Of a stretch of 64,000 nucleotides of DNA, positions 20,756 to 29,516 are shown piece after piece (the stretch's first letter is position 1; each line of letters starts with the position of its first letter). The notes beneath the pieces are model-generated. The model saw only the letters and a list, made by a program, of their open reading frames with translations. It was not told where the DNA came from and searched no databases. Position numbers and translations under genes: made by a program. Source of the stretch: Eubacteriales bacterium (GTDB lineage Bacteria; Bacillota; Clostridia; Oscillospirales; CAG-272); NCBI GenBank assembly GCA_045543615.1, contig JAZPXL010000005.1, forward strand, positions 68,436-132,435, written 5' to 3'.

Positions 20756-21483
20756 CTTGCCCCTCCTTTTGCAAGCTTGAGTGCCTCGCTCAGCTCAATA
20801 TCACCTGTATAGCAAGCTCTTCCGATAATAGCACCCCAAACTCCACCAACCTCGCACAATGCCGATATATCCTCATACGAGGACACACCACCTGATGCAA
20901 CGAAATTACATTCAGGGTACTTTTCTACAAGAGTGCGATAAAGACAAACATTTGTTCCTCTCATCGCACCATCACGGGAGATATCCGTAACAATAAAATC
21001 ACGTACTCCCTTCTCTATCATAAGAGCGAAAAACTCATCTTTTTTAAGTGGTGCTTCTTCAAGCCAGCCCTTTATTGCCACGCTCTCGCCCCTGAGATCT
21101 ACTCCCAGGGCAACACGCGTGCCGAATTTTTCAAGCATTTTATCAAGGACGTCCGGGTTTGTCACGGCAACTGTGCCGAGAATAACTCTGTTTACGCCTA
21201 CCGAGAGATATCTCTCAGCAAGCTCAAGAGAGCGTATTCCACCACCAATTTCAACGTTAAGAGAGGTATTGGCGACTATTGCGGCAACTGTATCAATATT
21301 TGGTGTGCCGCCATCCCGTGCTCCCTCAAGATCTACAACGTGAAGCCATTTTGCTCCTGCAGACTCAAATCTCTTTGCAACGGCTACGGGATCTGTATCA
21401 TAAACCGTCAGCTTATCGTAGTCTCCGTGTAGCAGGCGAACAGCCTGACCATTTATTAAATCTATCGCAGGAAGTATCAGCAT
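20752..21483 (-). CDS. hisA: ProFAR isomerase HisA
   Basis: 243 aa with LILPAIDLINGQAVRL and SGGVSSYEDI. Confidence 0.95.
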   Translation of the reverse strand: MLILPAIDLINGQAVRLLHGDYDKLTVYDTDPVAVAKRFESAGAKWLHVVDLEGARDGGTPNIDTVAAIVANTSLNVEIGGGIRSLELAERYLSVGVNRVILGTVAVTNPDVLDKMLEKFGTRVALGVDLRGESVAIKGWLEEAPLKKDEFFALMIEKGVRDFIVTDISRDGAMRGTNVCLYRTLVEKYPECNFVASGGVSSYEDISALCEVGGVWGAIIGRACYTGDIELSEALKLAKGGAR

Positions 21484-22127
21484 CTCACGCCTCCTCCAAA
21501 GTCGCCCTTACAAAAGCCTTCGAGCATAAGCAGTCCTGCCTTTGAGCTCTTTTCGGGATGAAACTGACATCCCATTACATTACCTCTTACAACTGCGGCA
21601 GTAATAGGCACGCCGCAATCGCAAACGGCAACGGTATCAGCCTCACACTCAGAAGCATAGTATGAGTGAACAAAATACACAAACTCGCCTTCAGGCGTAT
21701 TTCTAAACACAGGCGAGCTGTCCTTAAGCTCCTTGTTCGGAAAATGGAGTGCATTCCAACCCATTTGTGGAATTTTCAGCTCAGGAGCAATAACTCCCTC
21801 CATAGAACGAACAATGCCCGGAATGAGTGACAGACCCTTGTGTCGGCCAAATTCAAGTCCCTCATCAAAGAGAAGCTGCATTCCAAGGCAAATACCCATA
21901 AGAGGAACGCCTGCTGCTGCCCTGTCACATACCACACGGTCAAGGCCTGTCTCCCTAAGCTTAGCGGCGGCATCACCAAACGCACCAACACCGGGCAGAA
22001 TAATTCTGTCAGCAGCTATAATGTCCTCTGCCCTGCCGCTAACTATCGGATTTTCTCCAACGGCCCTGAGCGAAGAGCAAAGCGAAAAAAGATTGCCGAC
22101 TCCGTAATCAACTACACAAAGCATCAA
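21477..22127 (-). CDS. hisH: imidazole glycerol phosphate synthase glutaminase subunit HisH
   Basis: 216 aa with VDYGVGNL, the GICLGMQ nucleophile elbow and FHPEKS. ATGA overlap with hisB. Confidence 0.95.
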   Translation of the reverse strand: MMLCVVDYGVGNLFSLCSSLRAVGENPIVSGRAEDIIAADRIILPGVGAFGDAAAKLRETGLDRVVCDRAAAGVPLMGICLGMQLLFDEGLEFGRHKGLSLIPGIVRSMEGVIAPELKIPQMGWNALHFPNKELKDSSPVFRNTPEGEFVYFVHSYYASECEADTVAVCDCGVPITAAVVRGNVMGCQFHPEKSSKAGLLMLEGFCKGDFGGGVRC

Positions 22128-22717
22128 AGGACTCCTTTGCTTGACGGAATTCTGTCGGGAAAACGCAAGTCTGCCGACGTTGCCGCCCTCAGTGCTCTTG
22201 CAGTAGCTTTGAATGCACCCTCAAGGATGTGATGAGCATTCTTTCCTGCAAGACGGCGAAGATGCAGGCAAATACCTGCCTCACGAACAAATGCCGTAAA
22301 GAATTCCTCACCAAGTTCAGTATCAAAATTTCCAATTTTCTTTGCCTTAAGTGGAATGCGATAATCAAGGAAAGCTCTGCCCGAAAGATCAACTGCAGCC
22401 AAAACGAGTGTTTCATCCATCGGAAGAATTATATCTCCATATCTGACAATGCCACATCTTGTACCGAGAGCTTCACCAAAAGCCTTGCCAAGACAAATTC
22501 CGACGTCCTCAACCGTGTGGTGAGAATCGACTTCAAGATCGCCATTACATTCAACAGTCAAATCAAAACCACCGTGGCGTGCGAAAAGCGTCAGCATATG
22601 GTCAAAAAATCCCACACCTGTGTTTATCTCGCTCTTCCCCTCGCCATCAAGACAAAGCGTAAGCTTTATATCCGTCTCAGCAGTTTTTCGCTCTATACTT
22701 GCAACTCTTTTTTCCAT
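22124..22717 (-). CDS. hisB: imidazoleglycerol-phosphate dehydratase HisB
   Basis: 197 aa with ERKTAETDI, DSHHTVEDVGI and NAHHILEG. Confidence 0.96.
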   Translation of the reverse strand: MEKRVASIERKTAETDIKLTLCLDGEGKSEINTGVGFFDHMLTLFARHGGFDLTVECNGDLEVDSHHTVEDVGICLGKAFGEALGTRCGIVRYGDIILPMDETLVLAAVDLSGRAFLDYRIPLKAKKIGNFDTELGEEFFTAFVREAGICLHLRRLAGKNAHHILEGAFKATARALRAATSADLRFPDRIPSSKGVL

Positions 22718-23784
22718 TATTTCTTCTCCTTAAGTATCTCGCCAACAGCCTGACAAAACGCTTGCATATCTTCTTTTGTTCCAATAGATACCCTGAAATA
22801 GTCGCTGACTCTTGCGTTTGAGAAATATCTCACAAGTATTCCTCGCTCACGCAAGGCTGTGTAAGCCTCAGCTCCGTCAATCCCCGTCAGCTTTACAAAC
22901 AGGAAATTTGTCTTTGAGGGCATAACCTCAGCTCCCATATCCAAAAGGGCTTTTGCAGTATCCTCTCTTACACTTACAACCAATTCGACCTTTTCCTTAT
23001 AATATGCAACAGAAGCCTCGCTTAGTGCCGCAACGCCGATTTTCTGCGCAAGTGCGTCAAGGTTGTAGGGATTGGTCGAATATTTCATAAATTCAAGGTC
23101 GGAGATAAGTTCGCTGTTGCCGATGGCAAAACCAATTCTTGCTCCCGCAAGACCTCTTGATTTTGAGAAAGTGCCACAAACAAGCAGATTATCGTACTTC
23201 TTTGTAAGTTGTATCGCGCTCTCTCCTCCAAAGTCAACATAAGCCTCGTCGACTACAACAACCCTGTCTCTGTTTGATGAGACAATGCGTTCAATATCGG
23301 AGAGTGGCAACGCTTTTCCCGTGGGAGCGTTGGGATTTGCAATCACAACACCCTCGTCAATTCCTATATAATCGTCAGGATTTATTGAATAATCATCAGC
23401 AAGCGGAATTATTTTTGTCTCAAGTCCGTACAGCTTTGCAAAAACGCCGTAAAAGCCGTAGGTGATGTCTGCGAACGCCACGCCATTTTGGAAAAGCGTT
23501 GCAAATGCAAAGTTAAGCGACTCGTCAGAACCGTTTGAAACGAACACCATCGACTCATCGACCGAATAATGCTTTGCAAGTGCCTTTTTGAACGCATTTG
23601 AAGTGGGGTCGCAATAGAGCCTGAGGTCTGAGATAACATCGGCGTTTATCGCAGCCACTACATCGGGGGACGGTGGATAGGGAAACTCGTTTGTGTTGAG
23701 CTTAATATAACTTTTGTCCCTCGGCTGCTCACCGGGAGTATAAGCATCGAAGGTGCGATACTTTTGCGTCAAAAACCTGCTCAT
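22717..23784 (-). CDS. hisC: histidinol-phosphate aminotransferase HisC
   Basis: 355 aa, class-II aminotransferase, with the PLP lysine motif TFSKSRGLAG. Confidence 0.94.
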   Translation of the reverse strand: MSRFLTQKYRTFDAYTPGEQPRDKSYIKLNTNEFPYPPSPDVVAAINADVISDLRLYCDPTSNAFKKALAKHYSVDESMVFVSNGSDESLNFAFATLFQNGVAFADITYGFYGVFAKLYGLETKIIPLADDYSINPDDYIGIDEGVVIANPNAPTGKALPLSDIERIVSSNRDRVVVVDEAYVDFGGESAIQLTKKYDNLLVCGTFSKSRGLAGARIGFAIGNSELISDLEFMKYSTNPYNLDALAQKIGVAALSEASVAYYKEKVELVVSVREDTAKALLDMGAEVMPSKTNFLFVKLTGIDGAEAYTALRERGILVRYFSNARVSDYFRVSIGTKEDMQAFCQAVGEILKEKK

Positions 23785-25061
23785 TCGTATTCTCTCCCCA
23801 TACGTCTCATAACGCTTCTTGCGTGTGCATCAAAGCCCTCGCTTCTTGCGAAAAGGTCGATATCGTTTGCTATCTCTGCCAAAGCTTTGCTTGAATAGTA
23901 TGTAAACTGCATCTTTTTTACAAAGTCATCAACGGAAAGTGGGCTGTAAAATCTCGCTGTGCCGGATGTGGGAAGCGTGTGGTTAGGCCCTGCCATATAG
24001 TCTCCGACTGCCTCAGGGCAGTTTCTGCCAAGGAATACCGAGCCTGCATTTTTCACTTTATCAAGGCATCCAAACGGATCGTCGACACAGATTTCAAGAT
24101 GCTCAGGAGCTATTCTGTTGGACATCTCAATAGCCTCATCAATGCTCTCGACAATAATAATCAGTCCGTGTTCGTCAATTGACGCACTTGCAATCTCACG
24201 ACGTGGGAGACTGCGAAGCTGTCTTTCAATCTCGTCCGTGACCGCCTTTGCAAGTACGGGACTTGTTGTAACAAGCACAGCCGATGCTCTGCGATCGTGC
24301 TCTGCCTGCGAGAGAAGGTCGGCTGCAACAAATACGGGATTTGAGTTTTCGTCAGCTATGACGAGAATTTCACTCGGACCTGCAATCATATCCACACCGA
24401 CTTTACCGCTGACCTGTCTCTTTGCCTCTGCAACGTATGCGTTGCCGGGGCCGACAATCTTGTCAACCGCAGGGATAGATGCTGTGCCGTATGCAAGGGC
24501 AGCTACTGCCTGTGCGCCACCTGTTTTGAATATTCTGCTGACACCTGCAACCTTTGCGGCGGCAAGAATTTGCGAGGATATTGCTCCACCCGTGGGAGGT
24601 GTTACCATAACAATTTCGCTGACACCTGCGATTTTAGCAGGTATTGCGTTCATAAGCACGGATGAGGGATATGCGGCAGTGCCACCGGGAATATAAAGTC
24701 CAACTCTCTCAAGAGGAATTACTTTCTGACCTGCAATAACACCACTGCGTTCATTGGCTATAAAGCCCTGTCTAACCTGTCTTGAGTGAAAGTCCCTGAT
24801 ATTCTCTGCGGCACGGTCAAGCATTGAGAGGTAGTCCTCACCAACCCTCAGGCACGCCTCGTCAATCTCCGATTCTGCAACCTGAAGATCGTCAATAACT
24901 GCCTTGTCAAATTTAAGTGCGTATTCGACAAGTGCCGCGTCGCCACGTGCGACAACATCGGCAATTATTTCCGAAACAACACCCGACACATCCGAAGCAC
25001 CACCAATGCGCTCGAATATTTCTTTTTCGCTTATGTCCTTTTTGTAAACTGTTCTGATCAT
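23781..25061 (-). CDS. hisD: histidinol dehydrogenase HisD
   Basis: 426 aa with IPGGTAAYPSSVLM, AGPSE and QAEHD. Confidence 0.96.
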   Translation of the reverse strand: MIRTVYKKDISEKEIFERIGGASDVSGVVSEIIADVVARGDAALVEYALKFDKAVIDDLQVAESEIDEACLRVGEDYLSMLDRAAENIRDFHSRQVRQGFIANERSGVIAGQKVIPLERVGLYIPGGTAAYPSSVLMNAIPAKIAGVSEIVMVTPPTGGAISSQILAAAKVAGVSRIFKTGGAQAVAALAYGTASIPAVDKIVGPGNAYVAEAKRQVSGKVGVDMIAGPSEILVIADENSNPVFVAADLLSQAEHDRRASAVLVTTSPVLAKAVTDEIERQLRSLPRREIASASIDEHGLIIIVESIDEAIEMSNRIAPEHLEICVDDPFGCLDKVKNAGSVFLGRNCPEAVGDYMAGPNHTLPTSGTARFYSPLSVDDFVKKMQFTYYSSKALAEIANDIDLFARSEGFDAHARSVMRRMGREYE

Positions 25062-25072
25062 CGCTATATACC

Positions 25073-25705
25073 TTATTTTACTGCCGCCTCAAATGCTCGG
25101 CAGACCTTTTCTATCTGTTCATATTTGAATTTCTGACTTGCCTTGTTAGCAACAAGCCTTGCGCTGATATCGCAAATAGTCGCAAATTCGCAAAGTCCAT
25201 TTGCCTTCAGCGTGCTTCCTGTTTCAACAATATCAACAATAACATCTGAAAGCCCCAAAAGTGGAGCAAGCTCGATTGAGCCGTTAAGTTTAATTATATC
25301 TATCTTCCGTCCAAGCGAGGAATAATAGCTTCTTGCGATATTCGGGAACTTCGTTGCAACACGGAGCGTGCGACTTCTGTCATCAACAAAATCGCTCTTT
25401 GCGGCAACTGCCATTCTGCATCTGCCAAGCCCAAGATCGAAAAGCTCATATACATCGGGTGTATATTCAAGCAAAATATCCTTGCCTGCAACGCCGATAT
25501 CTGCTGCGCCACGCTCAACATAAATTGCAACGTCCGACGGCTTGACCCAGAAGAAACGAAGCGTTCCCTCTGCGTTTTCAAAAACGAGCTTTCGACTCTC
25601 TTCCCTGATGCCCTCAGCACTCATTCCTCCACTCTCAAAGAACGAATAAACCTTCTCGCCAAGGCGTCCCTTAGGAAGTGCCACATTTAAATACTTTCCA
25701 CTCAT
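25073..25705 (-). CDS. hisG: ATP phosphoribosyltransferase, short form HisG
   Basis: 210 aa with ALPKGRL and DIVETGSTLKANGL. The short form matches the adjacent hisZ. Confidence 0.95.
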   Translation of the reverse strand: MSGKYLNVALPKGRLGEKVYSFFESGGMSAEGIREESRKLVFENAEGTLRFFWVKPSDVAIYVERGAADIGVAGKDILLEYTPDVYELFDLGLGRCRMAVAAKSDFVDDRSRTLRVATKFPNIARSYYSSLGRKIDIIKLNGSIELAPLLGLSDVIVDIVETGSTLKANGLCEFATICDISARLVANKASQKFKYEQIEKVCRAFEAAVK

Positions 25706-25706
25706 A

Positions 25707-26822
25707 TTATACCTCTCTTAGACTTCCGTCCTCGCAAAGAATTACGGTGCGCTTGCATCTGTCTCTGCCCTTCGCGCTCTTTTGAACAAGCACTCTTTCG
25801 TCCGAAGAAGATAACTTCGCAACAGCTTCGGCTACCAAAGCAGGAGACGCGTCGCCAATGACAAGCAATATATCACCGACATAGTTCTTGACTCCATCAT
25901 CAAGACGCTCAAGGAGGTCAGCGTAAAGCGCAAAGCCGAGCGCACTGCCATCCCTACCCATCTTCGATATAAGTCTACCGTATTCGCCACCCTTGAGTAT
26001 TGCTTCACTCACTCCATCAACATACCCAGACAGTACGATCCCGTCATAATAATTCATATCGTGGATAACTGAGAAATCAAAGCGAATATGCGCTCTCTCA
26101 TCCTCGCCCACTGCGCAAGCGATTTTTTCTATAAGACGAATGGAGCTATCAGCTGCATCAATGCCAAAGCAGATTTCCCTAAGAGCATCAACGGCTTTAT
26201 CAATCTCCATCGACATTTTCGACATACTAAGCAGAACGTCACTGCTCTTTCCAAGTGAGTCACAAAGACGCACGAGAGCTGCCGAGTTTTTACTTTTGAG
26301 AGCCTCAACTGCCTCGTCTCTTGCCTTGCCCGAAAGTGACAGGCTATCGAGGATTGCACCGACAAGTGACATTGAGGATATATCAATTATATAATCCCGT
26401 CCTGTTGCCGCAAGCGTGCGTGCAGCAAGCGTCAGCACCTCAGCTCTGTCATAGTCGCTGACGTCACCAATGCATTCAAGTCCAATCTGCAAAATTTCCT
26501 TGTACTCGTCACCACCGGCAGGAACTCTGTAAACATTCTCACTATAATAATACTTATCAATAATGCCCTCCTCATCGGTTGCATCCTTGATAATTGACAT
26601 TGTAATGTCAGGCTTCAGCGCAAGCAATCTGCCGCCAACGCCTGTGAATGTGATTATCTGCTGACTTCCGAGAAAATCACGGTAAGGCGTATAGCTATCA
26701 TATTCTTCAAAGCCACAAGTGCGATAAAGCGCATAGCCACATTTTGAATAAAGCTCTCCAAGAAGAGCCGGCATCTGTTCGGATTGTCTGATTTTTCTAT
26801 CAATCATTTTCATTGTCCTCAT
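25707..26822 (-). CDS. hisZ: ATP phosphoribosyltransferase regulatory subunit HisZ
   Basis: 371 aa, HisRS-like without an anticodon domain, directly upstream of short hisG. The start is taken from the ORF track; see the register caveat in the rejected list. Confidence 0.85.
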   Translation of the reverse strand: MRTMKMIDRKIRQSEQMPALLGELYSKCGYALYRTCGFEEYDSYTPYRDFLGSQQIITFTGVGGRLLALKPDITMSIIKDATDEEGIIDKYYYSENVYRVPAGGDEYKEILQIGLECIGDVSDYDRAEVLTLAARTLAATGRDYIIDISSMSLVGAILDSLSLSGKARDEAVEALKSKNSAALVRLCDSLGKSSDVLLSMSKMSMEIDKAVDALREICFGIDAADSSIRLIEKIACAVGEDERAHIRFDFSVIHDMNYYDGIVLSGYVDGVSEAILKGGEYGRLISKMGRDGSALGFALYADLLERLDDGVKNYVGDILLVIGDASPALVAEAVAKLSSSDERVLVQKSAKGRDRCKRTVILCEDGSLREV

Positions 26823-27108
26823 TTTTAATTCGACCTATAACGGCTCTGTAACCACCGTTACCGTAATAAAGCGATCTTTTGACTCGGCTTATCGTTGCTG
26901 TGCTTGCACCCGTAAGCGCAGCTGCATCCCCATAAGACATTCCCGAATCAATGCAAAGAGCAACATCAAGTCTCTTTGCCATCTCCTCAAGCTCTGCAAT
27001 CGTGCAAAGATCCGCAAAAAAAGCTCGGCACTCCTCGGGGCTTTCAAGCGAAAGAATAGCCCTCCAAAGCTTTTCAGTTCTCTCTGTGCTATTATGATGA
27101 ATATCCAT
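26800..27108 (-). CDS. TrpR-like YerC/YecD-family DNA-binding protein; candidate his-operon regulator
   Basis: 102 aa with ELEEMAKRLDVALCIDSGMSYGDAAALTGASTATISRVKRSL, the YerC/YecD helix-turn-helix. It overlaps the hisZ start by 23 nt. Confidence 0.75.
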   Translation of the reverse strand: MDIHHNSTERTEKLWRAILSLESPEECRAFFADLCTIAELEEMAKRLDVALCIDSGMSYGDAAALTGASTATISRVKRSLYYGNGGYRAVIGRIKNEDNEND

Positions 27109-27174
27109 TTTTATCTCCGTTTCAGTTATTTATGGAAGTAAATCTGCGTTTTATCGCCCGATTTCGCTTCAACT

Positions 27175-27218
27175 CTTTAATATGCTAAAATGATAACATA
27201 TTAAAGCGCATTTGTCAA
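27175..27218 (-). promoter_or_regulatory. promoter of the yerC-like/his operon with a 10-bp inverted repeat bracketing the -10
   Basis: Minus strand reads TTGACA (27218-27213), 17 nt, TATCAT (27195-27190). The inverted repeat CTTTAATATG (27175-27184) / CATATTAAAG (27197-27206) spans the -10. Confidence 0.45.
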
Positions 27219-27247
27219 TAGCAAATATGACAAATTTTAAAATAGAA

Positions 27248-27280
27248 AGACGGAGAGAATAATGCAATATCTCTCCGTCT
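27248..27280 (-). terminator. hairpin terminator after the HAD hydrolase gene
   Basis: 11-bp stem agacggagaga / tctctccgtct, 4 nt after the stop, with a U-rich tail on the minus strand. Confidence 0.5.
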
Positions 27281-27284
27281 ATTT

Positions 27285-27959
27285 TTATTTGATGGGGAAA
27301 TTGCGCCAGTTGCTAAAATCGTCATACGCAGCATCGACACCACCGACGCTCTCAAAGCTCTCGGCGGTAGTGCCCGGACCAAACGCAAGTACGCATCCAA
27401 TGGATGCACGCTTGGCTGCGAGGACACCTGAAAGCGAATCCTCAAACACTACGCATTCGGACGGATCTCGGTCAAGAAGCTTTGCCGAGCGAAGATAAAT
27501 CTCGGGGTCGGGCTTGCACCCAAAGCTACCGTCATCGTATATTATTTTGTCCCAATCGAACCAACGGTCGAGATGGAAAAAGTCATAATAAAGCTCGACG
27601 TTGCGAATTTCCGAACCTGTTGCAATCATCATAGGATACCCCTCGCTCTTGAGGAAATCCAGAAACTCCTCTACTCCGTCAACAAGGTGGAATGACGGGT
27701 CCAGCACAGCTCTGCGACGGTATTCGGCTTCCTTTTCGTATGTCAGCTGTGCGATCTCCTCGGGTGTTATCGGGCTGAAGAAATCAAGCAGAATGCGTGT
27801 GTTTCCACGTCCGAGAACTCTTGCAGCAAATTCCTCGTCGCTGACGTGTCCTTTACCGTGAAGTGGAAAGAAATCCTGCCACACTGCCTTATGAATATGG
27901 GAATCGAGCACAAGCGTGCCGTTGAAATCAAATATCATACCCTTTTTCTGCATTTTCAT
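27285..27959 (-). CDS. HAD-superfamily hydrolase (beta-phosphoglucomutase-like subfamily IA)
   Basis: 224 aa with the N-terminal nucleophile motif MIFDFNGTLV, then ATGS, and a C-terminal VFEDSLSGVLAA. Confidence 0.85.
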   Translation of the reverse strand: MKMQKKGMIFDFNGTLVLDSHIHKAVWQDFFPLHGKGHVSDEEFAARVLGRGNTRILLDFFSPITPEEIAQLTYEKEAEYRRRAVLDPSFHLVDGVEEFLDFLKSEGYPMMIATGSEIRNVELYYDFFHLDRWFDWDKIIYDDGSFGCKPDPEIYLRSAKLLDRDPSECVVFEDSLSGVLAAKRASIGCVLAFGPGTTAESFESVGGVDAAYDDFSNWRNFPIK

Positions 27960-28054
27960 TCCATCCTCGCTTTTTTAAGCTCACATAATTGTACTCTATT
28001 TTTCCCACTCTGTCAATACCTTTATGCTTTTTTCTCTCCTCTGTTAACAAATAC

Positions 28055-28080
28055 AAAAGCCACCCGTATGGGTGGCTTTT
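28055..28080 (-). terminator. bidirectional terminator after the 404-aa surface protein gene
   Basis: aaaagccaccc-gtat-gggtggctttt, with U-runs on both strands. Confidence 0.65.
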
Positions 28081-28097
28081 GTATTAAGAATCAGAGA

Positions 28098-29312
28098 TTA
28101 GTGTCTCTTCTTGAAAACAATTGCTGTTCCAAGGATTGCGATGAGAGCGATACCTGCTGTTGCAACGGAAGCGCAACCACCGTCTGTGGTGTTGCCTGCG
28201 TCACCACCTGCTGTTGTAGCGTCATCTGCAGGAGCATTTGTTGCGTCGTCAGCAGGAGCCTGTGTTGCGTCATCTGCAGGAGCGTTTGTTTCGTCATCTG
28301 CAGGAGCGTTTGTTGCGTCGTCCTCGGGAGCTGCAGTTGTCTCATCCTCTTCGGGAAGAGTTGTGGGAGCGTCGGTGTAACCGGGAAGGTCAAGGCCGAT
28401 GCCCTTGTAAACTGTAACGTCCTTAAGGCCAAGGTTCATTGTCTCGTTGTAAAGTCTGCCAATGAAAGCAAGATCGTGGGATGTTGCACCGTCTTTTGTT
28501 ACCCATTCAGTGTGATCATAGAATACATCTTCCTGACCCTCGCCAAGACCGAGCTTCCAACCGTTGAAACGGATCTGCATCTTGTAGCCGTCGATCTCAA
28601 CGCAAACGTTGTACCACTGACCTACGCCATCCATAAGGCCGATCTTGAAATCAGCAGAGGTAAGGTCGTCAAGCTTAAGGTTGGAGCTGCCGTCAGCTTC
28701 AATACGATGCCAACGCATAGGTGTCTTGAAAACGGAGTTGCAGGTGTGACCCCACCAGCCGTATGTGCCGAGGTGACCTGTGGGGGAATCGGGAATGGAC
28801 ATAATGGTTCTGCCGTCTTCGTCTGTGCTTACTGCAAGCTCGGATGCTACGCAGAAGTAGAAGCCGGACTGACAGTTGTCAGAGTCCTCGTCATCGAAGA
28901 GAGCCTTGAGTGTGAATGTGTACTGATAGGGGTTGCCGGACTCATCGTAGCCCCACTTGAGACCGTCGATCTTGCCGCCGTAAAGAAGTGTGCCGTAGTC
29001 ATCGCCCTCTTTACCCTGATCGTCATAGAACATATTTACGCTCTTGTTGTCATCAGAAACGGTGATAACGGGTGTGCAGTGGTAGCGAACACCTGTGTGG
29101 ATGGTCTCGTCTGCAGAGTTAGCAAAAACGATGGGCTGATATGCGCCTGTTGTCTGACCGAAGAGAAGCTCGATAAGCTTGTCGCCGTCTTTTGCAGCTT
29201 CGTATGTAGTGAGAAGCTCATTTTCAAAAGCAGCAGATGTGCTTACTGTCATAGGTACGAGCATAGCTACAACCATTGCAAGCACAAGAACGATAGAAAG
29301 TGTCTTTTTCAT
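28098..29312 (-). CDS. secreted protein of unknown function with an acidic octapeptide repeat and a C-terminal membrane anchor
   Basis: 404 aa with a signal peptide (MKKTLSIVLVLAMVVAMLVP...SAAFE), five DDATNAPA-type repeats, then a hydrophobic helix plus KKRH at the C-terminus. No LPXTG or SPXTG motif. Confidence 0.7.
   Translation of the reverse strand: MKKTLSIVLVLAMVVAMLVPMTVSTSAAFENELLTTYEAAKDGDKLIELLFGQTTGAYQPIVFANSADETIHTGVRYHCTPVITVSDDNKSVNMFYDDQGKEGDDYGTLLYGGKIDGLKWGYDESGNPYQYTFTLKALFDDEDSDNCQSGFYFCVASELAVSTDEDGRTIMSIPDSPTGHLGTYGWWGHTCNSVFKTPMRWHRIEADGSSNLKLDDLTSADFKIGLMDGVGQWYNVCVEIDGYKMQIRFNGWKLGLGEGQEDVFYDHTEWVTKDGATSHDLAFIGRLYNETMNLGLKDVTVYKGIGLDLPGYTDAPTTLPEEDETTAAPEDDATNAPADDETNAPADDATQAPADDATNAPADDATTAGGDAGNTTDGGCASVATAGIALIAILGTAIVFKKRH
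28205..28330. repeat. 24-nt tandem repeat (about 5 copies) encoding DDATNAPA units
   Basis: The plus strand repeats gcgtcatctgcaggagc(a/g)tttgtt with small variations. Confidence 0.8.
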
Positions 29313-29350
29313 TGTTTTTTTCCTTTCAACAATAAATATTTGTTACTTGA

Positions 29351-29416
29351 ATTATATCACAAAGTAATTATATTGTCAACTGCACTTTTGATTTTTCTAT
29401 CAAATTCTGCACTTTT
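29351..29416 (-). promoter_or_regulatory. consensus sigma-A promoter of the 404-aa protein gene, preceded by two AAAAGTGCAG direct repeats
   Basis: Minus strand reads TTGACA (29379-29374), 17 nt, TATAAT (29356-29351). The 10-mer AAAAGTGCAG occurs at 29389-29380 (abutting the -35) and at 29416-29407, 27 bp apart. Confidence 0.5.
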
Positions 29417-29464
29417 CAGTTGCTTTGTTTATGTAAGCTTTACCCCTTTTTCTGATAAACAGAT

Positions 29465-29491
29465 GCGTCGCTGTCAAACTGACAGCGACGC
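29465..29491 (-). terminator. hairpin after the giant adhesin gene
   Basis: 11-bp stem gcgtcgctgtc / gacagcgacgc, 26 nt after the stop. The U-tail is weak. Confidence 0.45.
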
Positions 29492-29516
29492 TGAAATATT
29501 AATTTCTATCTGTTGC

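Noticed and set aside
19682-20812. 376-aa plus-strand ORF
   Set aside because: It is antisense to hisIE and hisF, which are unambiguous. It has no RBS and a Ser/Cys-rich shadow composition.
26760-27060. Apparent one-base register offset between my hand translation of the printed sequence and the ORF-track coordinates for hisZ (start) and the yerC-like gene
   Set aside because: Reading the printed lines, I get one extra base near 26760 and one base too few near 27060, both at line ends. Yet the track proteins are intact and homologous throughout. I treat this as a formatting or reading artefact and not as compensating frameshifts. Coordinates inside this stretch may be off by 1.
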